Origin: Candidatus Woesebacteria bacterium
Lineage (GTDB): Bacteria; Patescibacteriota; Microgenomatia; UBA8517
Length of the DNA: 64,000 nucleotides
Direction: 5' to 3'
NCBI GenBank assembly: GCA_003484955.1
Contig: DMZH01000001.1
Coordinates: 23,848-87,847, forward strand
Shown here: positions 45,433-54,896 of the stretch, piece after piece
How positions within the stretch are numbered: the stretch's first letter is position 1
How the letters are laid out: every line of letters begins with the position of its first letter
Made by a program: the position numbers and the translations under genes
Notes under the pieces: model-generated
Database searches by the model: none
What the model saw: only the letters and a program-made list of their open reading frames with translations
Told to the model about the DNA's origin: nothing

Positions 45433-46399
45433 CGGCTCTATTATGCCATTTTTCGACTATTTTTTCCACACTTTCGGGGTAATCCTTATTAGTTATATCA
45501 AACCATTTTATCCTACCGTCTTTTTTAAACCAGGTTATTTGTCTTTTTACATACTTTTTTTCTTCTTTTTCCCAAGTTTCTATTACTTCCTTTTCCGATT
45601 TTCTCCCTTCAAAGAAATCCCGCCACTCACCATACCCCATTGAGCTCATTGATTGCATCTCCCAATCAACATGATTTTTTAATAAGTTTGCTATTTCGTT
45701 TTTTAGCTTTTCTTTAAATCTCTCCGATACTCTCTGCTCAATTTTGTTGTTTAAATATTTTTCATTTGCGGCAAGCCCTATTTGCAAAACATCAAGATCA
45801 ATCCTTTTGTTTTTCATTTCAGACCCCTTGCTACCATGATTCACCCGCCACATGGCTATCTCTATCGCACGAACTAGACGTCTTGGATTTTTCTTGTCAG
45901 AAACATTCATTACTGCAGCTTTTATTGAATCTATTTGCGCCAGGTTTTCAAAAAGCTCTTCCGGAGACTTATCTTCTAAACTTTTTCTTAAAGCACCGCT
46001 TTTGGGAACCTCTGCCGTGGAAATCCCGTCGATAACTCCTTTTATGTAAAGGCCGGTACCGCCCACCAGTATGGGCAATTTTCCTCTTTTAATTATGTCA
46101 GCAATAATCCTTTCGGCAAATTTTAAATATTGAGACACACTAAAACTGTGTCTTGAATCAGCCAAATCATATCCCCAAATTTTTACGTCCTTAATTTCAT
46201 AATAGCCAAATCTTTTCATCCACAAATATTTAAGTTTTGCGCCTTTTGGTAAATCTTTACCCGTTCCGATATTTAAACCTTTGTAGACCTGGCGGGAGTC
46301 GGCAGAAACTATTTCCCCATTAAATTTTTTAGCAAGAGAAATTGCCAAGCCGGTTTTTCCGGTTGATGTGGGGCCACAAACAACCAATAATTTATTCAT
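45425..46399 (-). CDS. miaA: tRNA dimethylallyltransferase
   Basis: GPTSTGKT, SADSRQVY, VGGTGLY, RRLVRAIE, KRQITWF. Confidence 0.95.
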   Translation of the reverse strand: MNKLLVVCGPTSTGKTGLAISLAKKFNGEIVSADSRQVYKGLNIGTGKDLPKGAKLKYLWMKRFGYYEIKDVKIWGYDLADSRHSFSVSQYLKFAERIIADIIKRGKLPILVGGTGLYIKGVIDGISTAEVPKSGALRKSLEDKSPEELFENLAQIDSIKAAVMNVSDKKNPRRLVRAIEIAMWRVNHGSKGSEMKNKRIDLDVLQIGLAANEKYLNNKIEQRVSERFKEKLKNEIANLLKNHVDWEMQSMSSMGYGEWRDFFEGRKSEKEVIETWEKEEKKYVKRQITWFKKDGRIKWFDITNKDYPESVEKIVEKWHNRADA

Positions 46400-46401
46400 T
46401 T

Positions 46402-47184
46402 TTAGCTGCTGGCGCTAGTATACTTTGTAAGAGCAAAATTCCAAAACTTTAGAGAAAGAAGCATCGATAAAATACCGGCCGAAAAAGCTATTATTATTCC
46501 AAGAACACTCGCACTGCCAATCATGGCTTTTACCGGAGTCGTCATCATAATTCCGACAGGTATTAAGTAAGTTAAAAATCCTTTTAGAGGTTCTTTGTAA
46601 ATATCTACAGGAAGTCTTCCTAAATTAGTTAAATCTCTGTAAATCATCACTGCATGGTCGACTTCTGTAGTGACAATTGCAAACGCCAGAATTGCTATAT
46701 GAAAAGCCGTGGCAATCAAAAAACCGTTTATTAATAAAATTAAATAAATCAAGACTCCGGACATCATCGGATGGAGACTCACACCATAAACGATTGTTAA
46801 AACAACAAGCGGTGGAATTGTTATTAAATCAATGACATCAGCCCCTCCCATGAGAACCCGAAAAAGGGCATTAAGCGGCTTCACCAAAACCAAGTCAAAA
46901 TCCCCTTTTATTATCATTGGCCTAAACTTATAAACTTCTCTAAACAAGAACTGTGTTGTTACATCAACCAGACTAAACGTCAAAAAGAAGAAAATAATTT
47001 GGTTGCCGGAATAGCCGGCCAGACTTCCTGTTCCTTTCAAAAGAAAATACAAAAAAAGGAAAAAGAAAATAAACCGAAAAATCTTTCCGACTAAAAACAT
47101 CGAAAGGGCAAGTTTTTGTCCCAATACCGCCGAAAAAGAATTTCTGCTCATCATCCACCAAATCTTAAAATATTTTTTAAACAT
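46402..47184 (-). CDS. ABC-2 family transporter permease
   Basis: GDFDLVLVKP, RLPVDIY, YTSASS terminus; ATG 47184. Confidence 0.85.
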   Translation of the reverse strand: MFKKYFKIWWMMSRNSFSAVLGQKLALSMFLVGKIFRFIFFFLFLYFLLKGTGSLAGYSGNQIIFFFLTFSLVDVTTQFLFREVYKFRPMIIKGDFDLVLVKPLNALFRVLMGGADVIDLITIPPLVVLTIVYGVSLHPMMSGVLIYLILLINGFLIATAFHIAILAFAIVTTEVDHAVMIYRDLTNLGRLPVDIYKEPLKGFLTYLIPVGIMMTTPVKAMIGSASVLGIIIAFSAGILSMLLSLKFWNFALTKYTSASS

Positions 47185-47188
47185 AATA

Positions 47189-47992
47189 TTAGCCCCCAAA
47201 TGACTGATAGACTTTTAGTCCTTTTTGCCAAACAACATTAAGAAAAACCCATAAAACTCCTACCCAAGACGCGGCAACCATCAAACCCCCAAAAAGAGCC
47301 CAACCGCTAATATTACCCAAATACACCTCAACAGGAAAATAAATCAGATACGGAAAAGGGGTTGCTAAAATTATCGACTGCAAACCCTGGGGCAAAATAT
47401 TTATCGGGAAAAGCGAACCTGATAATGCCTCTACAATTACCACTGTAACCAAGAAATGAGAGCCCCAACCTATCTCCGGAATCCAAAAGGGGATTGAGCT
47501 AAGCAAAAAAAGAATCAGGAAATATATGATAACCGCAAAGATTATGCTTACTAAAAATGCCAAAATTACGGCAATATTTGTTTGAAACAAAAAGGGGGGT
47601 TTTAAAACCAAAAAAAGCAAAATAAATTCTACCGTAGCGAAAATCAAATTTAAAACTTTGCTTGAAATGTCTCTTGTAAACCAGTATTTAAAATAATTCA
47701 CCGGTTTTGTCAGATAATTTGAAAGGTTTCCGCTTGCCACGTCATTTGATACATCCATTGCCCGAGCTGATAGGACCAAAGCTCTAACTATCATTATTCC
47801 AAATACGTAAGTTAAAATTTTTGTTCTGTCGTAGCCAAAAATTTGCTTTGCCGGATCGGAATAAACAGTACTCCAAATAAAGTAGGTAAGAAAAATTTGC
47901 ATGACGTTTCGAATTCTCCAAAGAATGAAATTTAATCTGTAGGTAAATTCCTCCTCAAAGGAAATCTTGAAGATCTGCAAATACTTTCTCAT
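47189..47992 (-). CDS. ABC-2 family transporter permease
   Basis: YRLNF, GNLSNYLTKP, SGSLFP, PFPYLIYFP, YQSFGG. Confidence 0.85.
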   Translation of the reverse strand: MRKYLQIFKISFEEEFTYRLNFILWRIRNVMQIFLTYFIWSTVYSDPAKQIFGYDRTKILTYVFGIMIVRALVLSARAMDVSNDVASGNLSNYLTKPVNYFKYWFTRDISSKVLNLIFATVEFILLFLVLKPPFLFQTNIAVILAFLVSIIFAVIIYFLILFLLSSIPFWIPEIGWGSHFLVTVVIVEALSGSLFPINILPQGLQSIILATPFPYLIYFPVEVYLGNISGWALFGGLMVAASWVGVLWVFLNVVWQKGLKVYQSFGG

Positions 47993-48975
47993 TTTTTCGG
48001 TTCACTTTTGAATGCTTTTCTGATAATTTCCTCAATCGGGATTTCTTCGATTGTCAGGTCATCAACTGGAAAATTTTGCAAAAGTTCCGAGGCGGCAACA
48101 GCTGCAGCCGAACGCGGAACGGAAAGAACTACTTCAGGAAAAGATAACTTTTTAATTTTTCCGATCTTTTCTAAATTGGAAATGTTATTTTCGTTGGAAA
48201 GGGTCGCCTTAATAATTTTTTCTTTGGCATATTGCATAATCAGATCCTCAAAAGCCCCGTCATAAAGAATTTTTCCGTCATTGATGATGATTACGCGTCT
48301 TGCTAAGTTGATAAGATCACCCATATTGTGGGATGTCAGAAGAACCGTGGCGTTATATTTGCGATTGTAATCGTAGATAAAATCGCGGACTTTTTGCTGG
48401 GCAATGATATCAAGACCAATTGTCGGTTCATCCAAAAATAAAACTTTAGGTTTGTGAATGAGGGCAGCAACCAGTTCCATTCTCATGCGTTGCCCCAAAG
48501 AAAGTTTTCTGACAGGCGTATTGAGAAGTTTCTCGACGTCCAGCAGCTCCGTTAATTCCTTCAGGTTTTCATTATATGAACGCGTCGGAATATCATAAAT
48601 TGCACGGTTCAGTTCAAAGGTTTCTATTGCGGGAAGATCCCACCAAAGCTGGTTTTTCTGCCCCATCACAAGAGAGATTTGTTTTAAAAACTCAGGATTT
48701 CTCTTCCAGGGATCAAATTCCAAAACTTCCACAAAACCGGCTGTCGGATACAAAAGACCTGAAAGTGTTTTTAATGTTGTAGTCTTCCCTGCACCGTTTG
48801 GTCCTATAAAACCAACAAGCTCACCCGGTTGAATTGAAAAAGAAACTCCCTTAAGTGCATTAACTATTTTTTTCTTGGGAGAAATAAGGGATTTAAAAGC
48901 ACCTGTCAGTCCCGGTTCCCTTTCCGTAACTTCAAAATCTTTTACTAAACCATCGACAATTATGGCTCTATCCAT
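47989..48975 (-). CDS. ABC transporter ATP-binding protein (NatA-like)
   Basis: GPNGAGKT, GQKNQLWWDLP, LSLGQRMR, LFLDEPT. Confidence 0.92.
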   Translation of the reverse strand: MDRAIIVDGLVKDFEVTEREPGLTGAFKSLISPKKKIVNALKGVSFSIQPGELVGFIGPNGAGKTTTLKTLSGLLYPTAGFVEVLEFDPWKRNPEFLKQISLVMGQKNQLWWDLPAIETFELNRAIYDIPTRSYNENLKELTELLDVEKLLNTPVRKLSLGQRMRMELVAALIHKPKVLFLDEPTIGLDIIAQQKVRDFIYDYNRKYNATVLLTSHNMGDLINLARRVIIINDGKILYDGAFEDLIMQYAKEKIIKATLSNENNISNLEKIGKIKKLSFPEVVLSVPRSAAAVAASELLQNFPVDDLTIEEIPIEEIIRKAFKSEPKK

Positions 48976-48993
48976 AGCTAGAGTATACCATCG

Positions 48994-49014
48994 AATAATT
49001 ATAAATTAATAATT
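48994..49014. repeat. Short 7-nt tandem repeat (intergenic)
   Basis: AATAATT ATAAATT AATAATT. Confidence 0.35.
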
Positions 49015-49288
49015 ATCGGGAGACTTGTCTTTTGAGTTTTTTACCCGGAGTAAATCTCGGAAGTCTGTGGGTCTTGATCGTAACCAACTTTTCTGTTTTT
49101 GGAATTTTAACGGTTTTACCTTTCATCGAAATCACCCTAAAAGTTCCAAATCCGGAAAGAACAACTTTTTCGCCTTTACTAAGAACTCTGCCAACCTCAT
49201 CCAAAAAAACATCAATTGCCTCTTCTGCCGCTTTTTTGGTTAGGTGTGCCTTTCTGGCAACCTGGTCAAGAAGTTCTGCTTTTGTCAT
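49013..49288 (-). CDS. hup: HU family DNA-binding protein
   Basis: MTKAELL..VA, V.LSGFGTF, PRFTPGK.LK. Confidence 0.9.
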   Translation of the reverse strand: MTKAELLDQVARKAHLTKKAAEEAIDVFLDEVGRVLSKGEKVVLSGFGTFRVISMKGKTVKIPKTEKLVTIKTHRLPRFTPGKKLKRQVSR

Positions 49289-49336
49289 ATTGCCTCAAGA
49301 ATACGGCAAGATTTATAAAATGTCAAGAAAAACAAT

Positions 49337-50500
49337 TTATTTTGCTGAAGTTGTTTCTGTGGCTCTGACTTCGCGGATAACGGAAACTTTGATTTGTCCC
49401 GCGTATTCTGCTTCTTTTTCCAGCTTTCTGGCAATGTCATGCGCCAATACGGTTAGTTTATCGTCATCGACCTCATCCGGATTAACAATTACACGGACAT
49501 CACGACCCGCTTGAAATGCAAAGGCAACATCCACTCCGGGAAAACCTTTCGCAACATCCTCTATCGTACTCATTCTTTTAACATAATCTTCGTGCGGCTC
49601 GTAGCGGGCACCGGGCCTGCTTCCGGAAATGGCGTCCGCCATCCAAACAATTACACTTTCATTGCTGGAAAAAGGCCTGTCTTCATGATGTTCCGCCACA
49701 CAAGCTATGACTTCTTTGGGAATTCCATATTTTTTAAGCAAATTCACACCAAGTTCAATATGGTTTCCTTCTTCATTTGTAATCACTTTCCCAATATCGT
49801 GGAGTAAACATCCAAGTCTTACCACATCTGCATTTGCCCCGATTTCATTTGCAATAGCAACTCCCATTCTGGTTTCTTCAATAGTGTGAATTCCGAGATT
49901 TTGACCATAGGAAGTTCTAAACCTGAAACGGCCAATCATGCGCATAAGTTCGACGGATAAATTGTAAACACCACATTCGTGAGTAACCTTCTTTCCCTCC
50001 TCAAGAAGGACATCCTCCATTTCGGTTTTCACTTGACGTATTACTTCTTCAATCCTTGACGGCTGAATTCGGGCATCTTTAATTAAAATATCCAGAGCTC
50101 GCCTGGCAATTTCGCGTCTTACAGAGTCAAACGATGAAAGTCTGATTTCGTCTGTTTCGTCGATTTCAATTTCAACCCCGGCTTCTTTTTCAAAAGTTCT
50201 AATGTTCCTACCCCCGGCACCGATGATTCTGCCCTTAACATCCTCGTTGGGAACTTTTACCGAAGAAACTGTGTACTCAGCTGTATATTCGGTTGCCCCA
50301 TGCTTCATGGCATCTATTAGGATTTCTTCCGCTTTGTCGTGAGCTTCTTCCTTAATTTTCTCTTCGGCAGCCCTAATTTTCTTGGCAATTTCACCGGTTA
50401 AGTCTTTTTGAACTTCATCAAGGAGGACTCTTTTAGCCTCATCAGGGGTCATTTTTGCAACCTTGCTTAATTTATCAATATATTCGTCACGCGTATTCAT
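49337..50500 (-). CDS. rny: Ribonuclease Y (no N-terminal membrane anchor)
   Basis: KH domain KGRIIG.GGRNIR, RTSYGQN, LLHDIGK, ADAISGSRPGAR. Confidence 0.93.
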   Translation of the reverse strand: MNTRDEYIDKLSKVAKMTPDEAKRVLLDEVQKDLTGEIAKKIRAAEEKIKEEAHDKAEEILIDAMKHGATEYTAEYTVSSVKVPNEDVKGRIIGAGGRNIRTFEKEAGVEIEIDETDEIRLSSFDSVRREIARRALDILIKDARIQPSRIEEVIRQVKTEMEDVLLEEGKKVTHECGVYNLSVELMRMIGRFRFRTSYGQNLGIHTIEETRMGVAIANEIGANADVVRLGCLLHDIGKVITNEEGNHIELGVNLLKKYGIPKEVIACVAEHHEDRPFSSNESVIVWMADAISGSRPGARYEPHEDYVKRMSTIEDVAKGFPGVDVAFAFQAGRDVRVIVNPDEVDDDKLTVLAHDIARKLEKEAEYAGQIKVSVIREVRATETTSAK

Positions 50501-50606
50501 AATTTAATTTGAGCCAAAGAAGAAATAGTCTTTAGATAAGACCTGCGGCAAAAGAAGCTGAAATTTGAGTATCCTTTACCATATTCTTTGACTCTTAAGG
50601 TATATT

Positions 50607-51218
50607 CTACCTTTTTATGACCACTTTTTCAATAATGTCCCAACTAAACCCCTTTCCTGCCAAATATTGAAACTTTTTTTGTTTGGCAACTTTTGGATCC
50701 AGGTTGTCCCATTTATAGGCTCTTTTTTCCAAAAGCTCTCTGGCCATTTTTTCCTCATCAATCGGAGTTTTTTCTAGTACATCATCGATGATATTTTTAC
50801 TTATACCCTTACTACCGAGTTCAAGTTTCAACACCCTTGTAGAAATTTTTTTGAAGGCGAGGCGCTGATCCACCCACCATTTAGTAAATTTTGCATCGTC
50901 CAAAAGCTCAAAATGCTTCAACTTGTCAAAAAGATCTTTCCAGAGACTTTCATGAACTTTTTTCTTTTTCAGGTAGTCGTTTATTTCTTTTTCGCTTCTG
51001 GGCCTGATCATCGTAAATCTGAGAAGTCTGTCCAGGGTTTTTTGAAATTCAGCTTTCCTGACTATTTTTTTAACTTCATCGTCGGTCAACTCCGCGCCTA
51101 TTTTAATATTAGATAAAACAAGATTATCAAGATCAATTCCGAAACTGAAGACTCCGTCAAGATAGACGTTGACTCTTTTGCCGTTTTTTTGAGGCTTAAG
51201 CAGGGTAACGGTTGGCAT
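50607..51218 (-). CDS. recX: Regulatory protein RecX
   Basis: RPRSEKEI..YL, LLDDAKF..WW, YLAGKGF; directly downstream of recA. Confidence 0.9.
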   Translation of the reverse strand: MPTVTLLKPQKNGKRVNVYLDGVFSFGIDLDNLVLSNIKIGAELTDDEVKKIVRKAEFQKTLDRLLRFTMIRPRSEKEINDYLKKKKVHESLWKDLFDKLKHFELLDDAKFTKWWVDQRLAFKKISTRVLKLELGSKGISKNIIDDVLEKTPIDEEKMARELLEKRAYKWDNLDPKVAKQKKFQYLAGKGFSWDIIEKVVIKR

Positions 51219-51229
51219 ATGCCGAAAGA

Positions 51230-52312
51230 TCAGTCTTCCTTTTCTTCTCCAATTTCTTTTGGAAGTTTTTTCCCTGAAGCTACCATATCGCGGATTTTTT
51301 TGTCGATTTCGTCTGCAATCTTGGGGTTATCTCTCAAATAAAGTTTGGCGGCTTCCTTACCTTGAGCTATGGGTTTGTCTTCATAATTAAAGAATGAACC
51401 GCTTTTACCGATAAGCCCAAGTTCAAGTCCCACATCCAAAATTCCTCCGCCTCTACTGATTCCTTCAGACTCCATTATGTCAAACTCGGCAACGCGAAGC
51501 GGGGGTGCGACTTTGTTTTTGACAATGCGGGCACGATGTCTTGAACCGATCACTTTCTCCCCGTCTTTAAGGACCTCTATTCTTCTAAGATCGATTCTCA
51601 CGGATGAGTAGAATTTAAGAGCTAATCCTCCCGGAGTTGTTTCCGGATTACCAAACATAACTCCGATTTTTTGTCTAAGCTGGTTGGTAAATATTAGAAC
51701 GGTTTTACTTTTGGAAATTGCTCCGGTTAGTTTTCTTAACGCTTGAGACATAAGGCGCGCCTGCATTCCCATGACAGCATCTCCCATTTCCCCTTCAAGT
51801 TCCGCCCTCGGTACAAGGGCTGCAACAGAATCAACTACCACAACATCAATTGCACCGGATCTGATTAAAGTTTCCGTAATTTCCAAAGCCTGCTCACCCG
51901 TGTCGGGTTGGGACATAAGAAGGTTGTCAAGGTCGACTCCAAGGATCTCGGCACGGACAGGGTCAAGCGCGTGCTCGGCATCTACAAACGCACACTGTCC
52001 ACCGTGCTTCTGAGCCTCAGCAACAACAGAAAGGGCTAGAGTGGTCTTCCCTGAGGCTTCAGGACCGTAGATTTCGACTATACGGCCTCTGGGAAGCCCT
52101 CCAACACCCAGTGCCAAATCGACCGCCAATGAACCCGTGGAAATCACATCAATCTTGTATTTTTCGCCGGAATCCCCACCCAAACGCATAATGGATCCTT
52201 TTCCATATTGTTTTTCAATCTGGTCCATCGCAAGCCTTATCGCTTGAAGTTTTGCGGAGCTTCCTTCCTGCTTAACCGGAGCTTCAATTTCAGGTTTTTT
52301 TGATTTTGGCAT
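51230..52312 (-). CDS. recA: Recombinase RecA
   Basis: [38 protein letters not shown]. Confidence 0.98.
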   Translation of the reverse strand: MPKSKKPEIEAPVKQEGSSAKLQAIRLAMDQIEKQYGKGSIMRLGGDSGEKYKIDVISTGSLAVDLALGVGGLPRGRIVEIYGPEASGKTTLALSVVAEAQKHGGQCAFVDAEHALDPVRAEILGVDLDNLLMSQPDTGEQALEITETLIRSGAIDVVVVDSVAALVPRAELEGEMGDAVMGMQARLMSQALRKLTGAISKSKTVLIFTNQLRQKIGVMFGNPETTPGGLALKFYSSVRIDLRRIEVLKDGEKVIGSRHRARIVKNKVAPPLRVAEFDIMESEGISRGGGILDVGLELGLIGKSGSFFNYEDKPIAQGKEAAKLYLRDNPKIADEIDKKIRDMVASGKKLPKEIGEEKED

Positions 52313-52369
52313 TGTCTCTATCTTTTACAACGGCGGTTAAAATAATTCAATGGGGAAAATTGATTCTAG

Positions 52370-52440
52370 TCGGGGTGCTCGGAATTGGACCGAGTTCAGA
52401 CGCACCCCATGCGCCTATTCTACCGGTGAACTACACCCCG
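52370..52440 (-). tRNA. tRNA-Pro (GGG)
   Basis: Cloverleaf: CGGGGTG/CACCCCG acceptor, GTTC/GAAT D-stem, GGCGC-ATGGGGT-GCGTC anticodon arm, CTCGG-TCCAATT-CCGAG T-arm; CCA not encoded. Confidence 0.93.
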
Positions 52441-52560
52441 TAATTCAAAGCCATTTTACCACGAGGTATTAAAAATACCGAGAGGCAAGCCGTGTTTAGT
52501 ATAGAAGCTTATCTTTTTTGGGGATCATCCTTCGACAGCGCTCAGAATTTCAACTGTTTT

Positions 52561-52971
52561 TTAACGCTTCGGACTTTGCTTGGCGCGTCTGGCTTTTCCG
52601 CCCTTACCAACCATCCTTCTTTGTCTCTCCCTGGAGTCTCTGGTTAAAAGATTCAATTTCTTCAAAATAATTTTATTTTTATCAGGCGCAACTTTTACAA
52701 GACCTCTGGAAATTCCCAAAGTAAGGGCATTCAGCTGTCCTTCTTTTCCGCCCCCTGCAACCTTTGCCGAAAAATAATATTTGTCGGATGTCTCTGTAGC
52801 TCCAAATGGTTTGGCAATTACTTTTGCATTGAGCTCTCCCGGAAAATACTTTGAGGCGGGCATTCCATTGACTGTGTTTTCCCCTTTTCCACGATAGAGC
52901 CTGATGCGGGCGGAGCTTTCTTTCCTTCTCCCGATTGCAAATATATAATCAATTTTTTTAATTTTTGTCAT
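52561..52971 (-). CDS. rpsI: 30S ribosomal protein S9
   Basis: GRRKES.AR, GGG..GQ, LLTRDSR, ARRAKQSPKR. Confidence 0.97.
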   Translation of the reverse strand: MTKIKKIDYIFAIGRRKESSARIRLYRGKGENTVNGMPASKYFPGELNAKVIAKPFGATETSDKYYFSAKVAGGGKEGQLNALTLGISRGLVKVAPDKNKIILKKLNLLTRDSRERQRRMVGKGGKARRAKQSPKR

Positions 52972-52973
52972 TT

Positions 52974-53414
52974 TTACGACAAAGTCGAAACTTTGTTTTC
53001 TTTCTTAAATTCTGCCTCATATGGATTTTTATCTCCGACTACTACTTTAAGTCTCAACATCCTGTCACTTTTTAAACGATTATCGGGAATCATGCCGGAA
53101 ACCGCGTGCTCGATTATTCTTTCGGGATGTGATCTCATTACCATGTCATAAGATTTTTCTTTAAATCCTGAAGGATAACCCGAGTGGGTCCTGTAAACTT
53201 TCTGTGATGCTTTCCTGCCGGAAACCATTATTTTTTCTGCATTAATTACAACAACATAATCCCCCGTATCCATATGGCGGCTAAATGTTGTTTTCCCCTT
53301 ACCGGTCAAAAATTCTGCAACTTTGGTTGCAAGTCTTCCCAGGATTTCGTCTTTGGCATCAACTAAGTGCCATTTTCTTTTAATATCTTTTGGTGTTGGT
53401 TGAAATGTTTTCAT
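52974..53414 (-). CDS. rplM: 50S ribosomal protein L13
   Basis: WHLVDA...LGRLA, DTGDYVVVINA, HSGYP. Confidence 0.97.
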   Translation of the reverse strand: MKTFQPTPKDIKRKWHLVDAKDEILGRLATKVAEFLTGKGKTTFSRHMDTGDYVVVINAEKIMVSGRKASQKVYRTHSGYPSGFKEKSYDMVMRSHPERIIEHAVSGMIPDNRLKSDRMLRLKVVVGDKNPYEAEFKKENKVSTLS

Positions 53415-53872
53415 TTTTCTCCTTTTTTGATAACTTTTTTAATTTCTTTCTTTTCTTCTTTTTTTATTGTTTTTTTAGACTTTTTTTCCTCTTTTACTTT
53501 TGTGTCATACTCAATTTTCTCCGTCCACTCCAATCTTACCATTTGTGCGTTGTCACCAACTCTCCTTGGAAGAGAAATAGACCTTACAAAACCTGAGCTT
53601 TTCTCGGAAAAAGCTTTGGCGATGTTTTTAAAAAGAACTTCAGTTGCTTCTCTTTTGTTGTCCAACTTTCCCAAAACCTTTCTCCTCGATGCAAGACCTC
53701 CCTTTTTAGAAAGGGTTACCATTTTTTCCACACTCCCTATAACCGCCTTTGCTTTTGCGCGAGTGGTTACTATTTTCCCATTCATGATCAATGCCTTCGC
53801 TAAAGAGGCAAACAGGGCTTCTCTAGCCGGACGGGATCGGGAAAGTTTTCTTCCGAACACTTTCTTGTTCAT
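53411..53872 (-). CDS. rplQ: 50S ribosomal protein L17 with Lys-rich tail
   Basis: GRKLSR, I.TT.AKAK, R.GDNAQM. Confidence 0.95.
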   Translation of the reverse strand: MNKKVFGRKLSRSRPAREALFASLAKALIMNGKIVTTRAKAKAVIGSVEKMVTLSKKGGLASRRKVLGKLDNKREATEVLFKNIAKAFSEKSSGFVRSISLPRRVGDNAQMVRLEWTEKIEYDTKVKEEKKSKKTIKKEEKKEIKKVIKKGEK

Positions 53873-53877
53873 AGGTT

Positions 53878-54795
53878 TTACTTAATTGCGAGGAACTCGA
53901 CACCTTTTGTTCCGAGTGCTGCAGCTACAATTTTGAGGGATTTTTCACCGAGGTTTCTGACTTTTACCAAATCTTCTTTCTTTGCATGGGCAAGCTGTTC
54001 AACTGTTTCAAAACCTGCCTTAATCAAAGCATTGGCTACTCTTGTTGGAAGTCCAATCTCTTCAACTGAAAGTTTACCGGTGAGTCCCAACTCATCCTTG
54101 GGGGCTTCTTCTTGTTTTTCTACTACTTTAGGGTTAACGATTTGGGCAAAGTAACTCATTAATGTTTTTGCCGAATCCGTAATTGCACTGCTGGCTTCAA
54201 TTGTCCCATCGGTCCAAATTTCCAAAATAAGCTTGTCGTAATTTGTCAGTCTGCCGACGCGGGTTTCTTCAATTTTATAACTTACTCTTTTTACGGGTGA
54301 AAAAGATGCGTCAACCGGAATAAGGCCGATTGTGTCAGATGGCCTGTCCTCTGCAGGCGAAAAACCAGTACCGCTTTCAATTGTTATTTCGGCCGAAAGT
54401 TTTGATCCTTTATTGAGAGTGCCTAAAACAAGATCGGGGTTTGCAACTTCGATTCCCCCGCCAACTTTAATTTCCTTGGCTGTGAATTCACCGGCTTTGT
54501 TCACTTCCAAAGTTGCCTTAACTGATTTATCCGTACTTCCCGAGAATCTGACTTTTTTGAGGTTAAGGATGAATTCGACCGTATCTTCCTTCATTCCCGA
54601 CAAAGTAGAAAATTGATGCTTAACGCCGGCAATTTTAACGGAGGTAACAGCCATACCCTGAAGAGATACCAAAAGAACCCTTCTTAATGCATTACCGATA
54701 GTAAGCCCATATCCCTGTTCGAGGGGGGTGATGGCAAATCTGCCGTAATTGGTTTCTTTCTTTTCTTCCTTTATTTCAAAAGTTGGCTCGTTCAT
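53878..54795 (-). CDS. rpoA: RNA polymerase alpha subunit
   Basis: PLEQGYG.TIGNALRRVLL, DASFSPV, VRNLGEKS. Confidence 0.97.
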   Translation of the reverse strand: MNEPTFEIKEEKKETNYGRFAITPLEQGYGLTIGNALRRVLLVSLQGMAVTSVKIAGVKHQFSTLSGMKEDTVEFILNLKKVRFSGSTDKSVKATLEVNKAGEFTAKEIKVGGGIEVANPDLVLGTLNKGSKLSAEITIESGTGFSPAEDRPSDTIGLIPVDASFSPVKRVSYKIEETRVGRLTNYDKLILEIWTDGTIEASSAITDSAKTLMSYFAQIVNPKVVEKQEEAPKDELGLTGKLSVEEIGLPTRVANALIKAGFETVEQLAHAKKEDLVKVRNLGEKSLKIVAAALGTKGVEFLAIK

Positions 54796-54896
54796 ATTTA
54801 TTGTTATAACGAATGTAGGTATTATATCCTACCCTCAAGCTGATTTCAACACGATCTTCCCGGACTGGGAATGGAATACTAACCCATCTCCCTGTA

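Noticed and set aside
52313-52560. tRNA-Pro as an integration site for a prophage or island
   Set aside because: Flanked by core recA and rpsI; no integrase, and no duplicated tRNA 3' end seen
53411-53510. Lys/Glu-rich quasi-duplicated tail of L17 (and basic tails on L13, L15, S13)
   Set aside because: Low-complexity extensions are common on ribosomal proteins; no sign of a separate element
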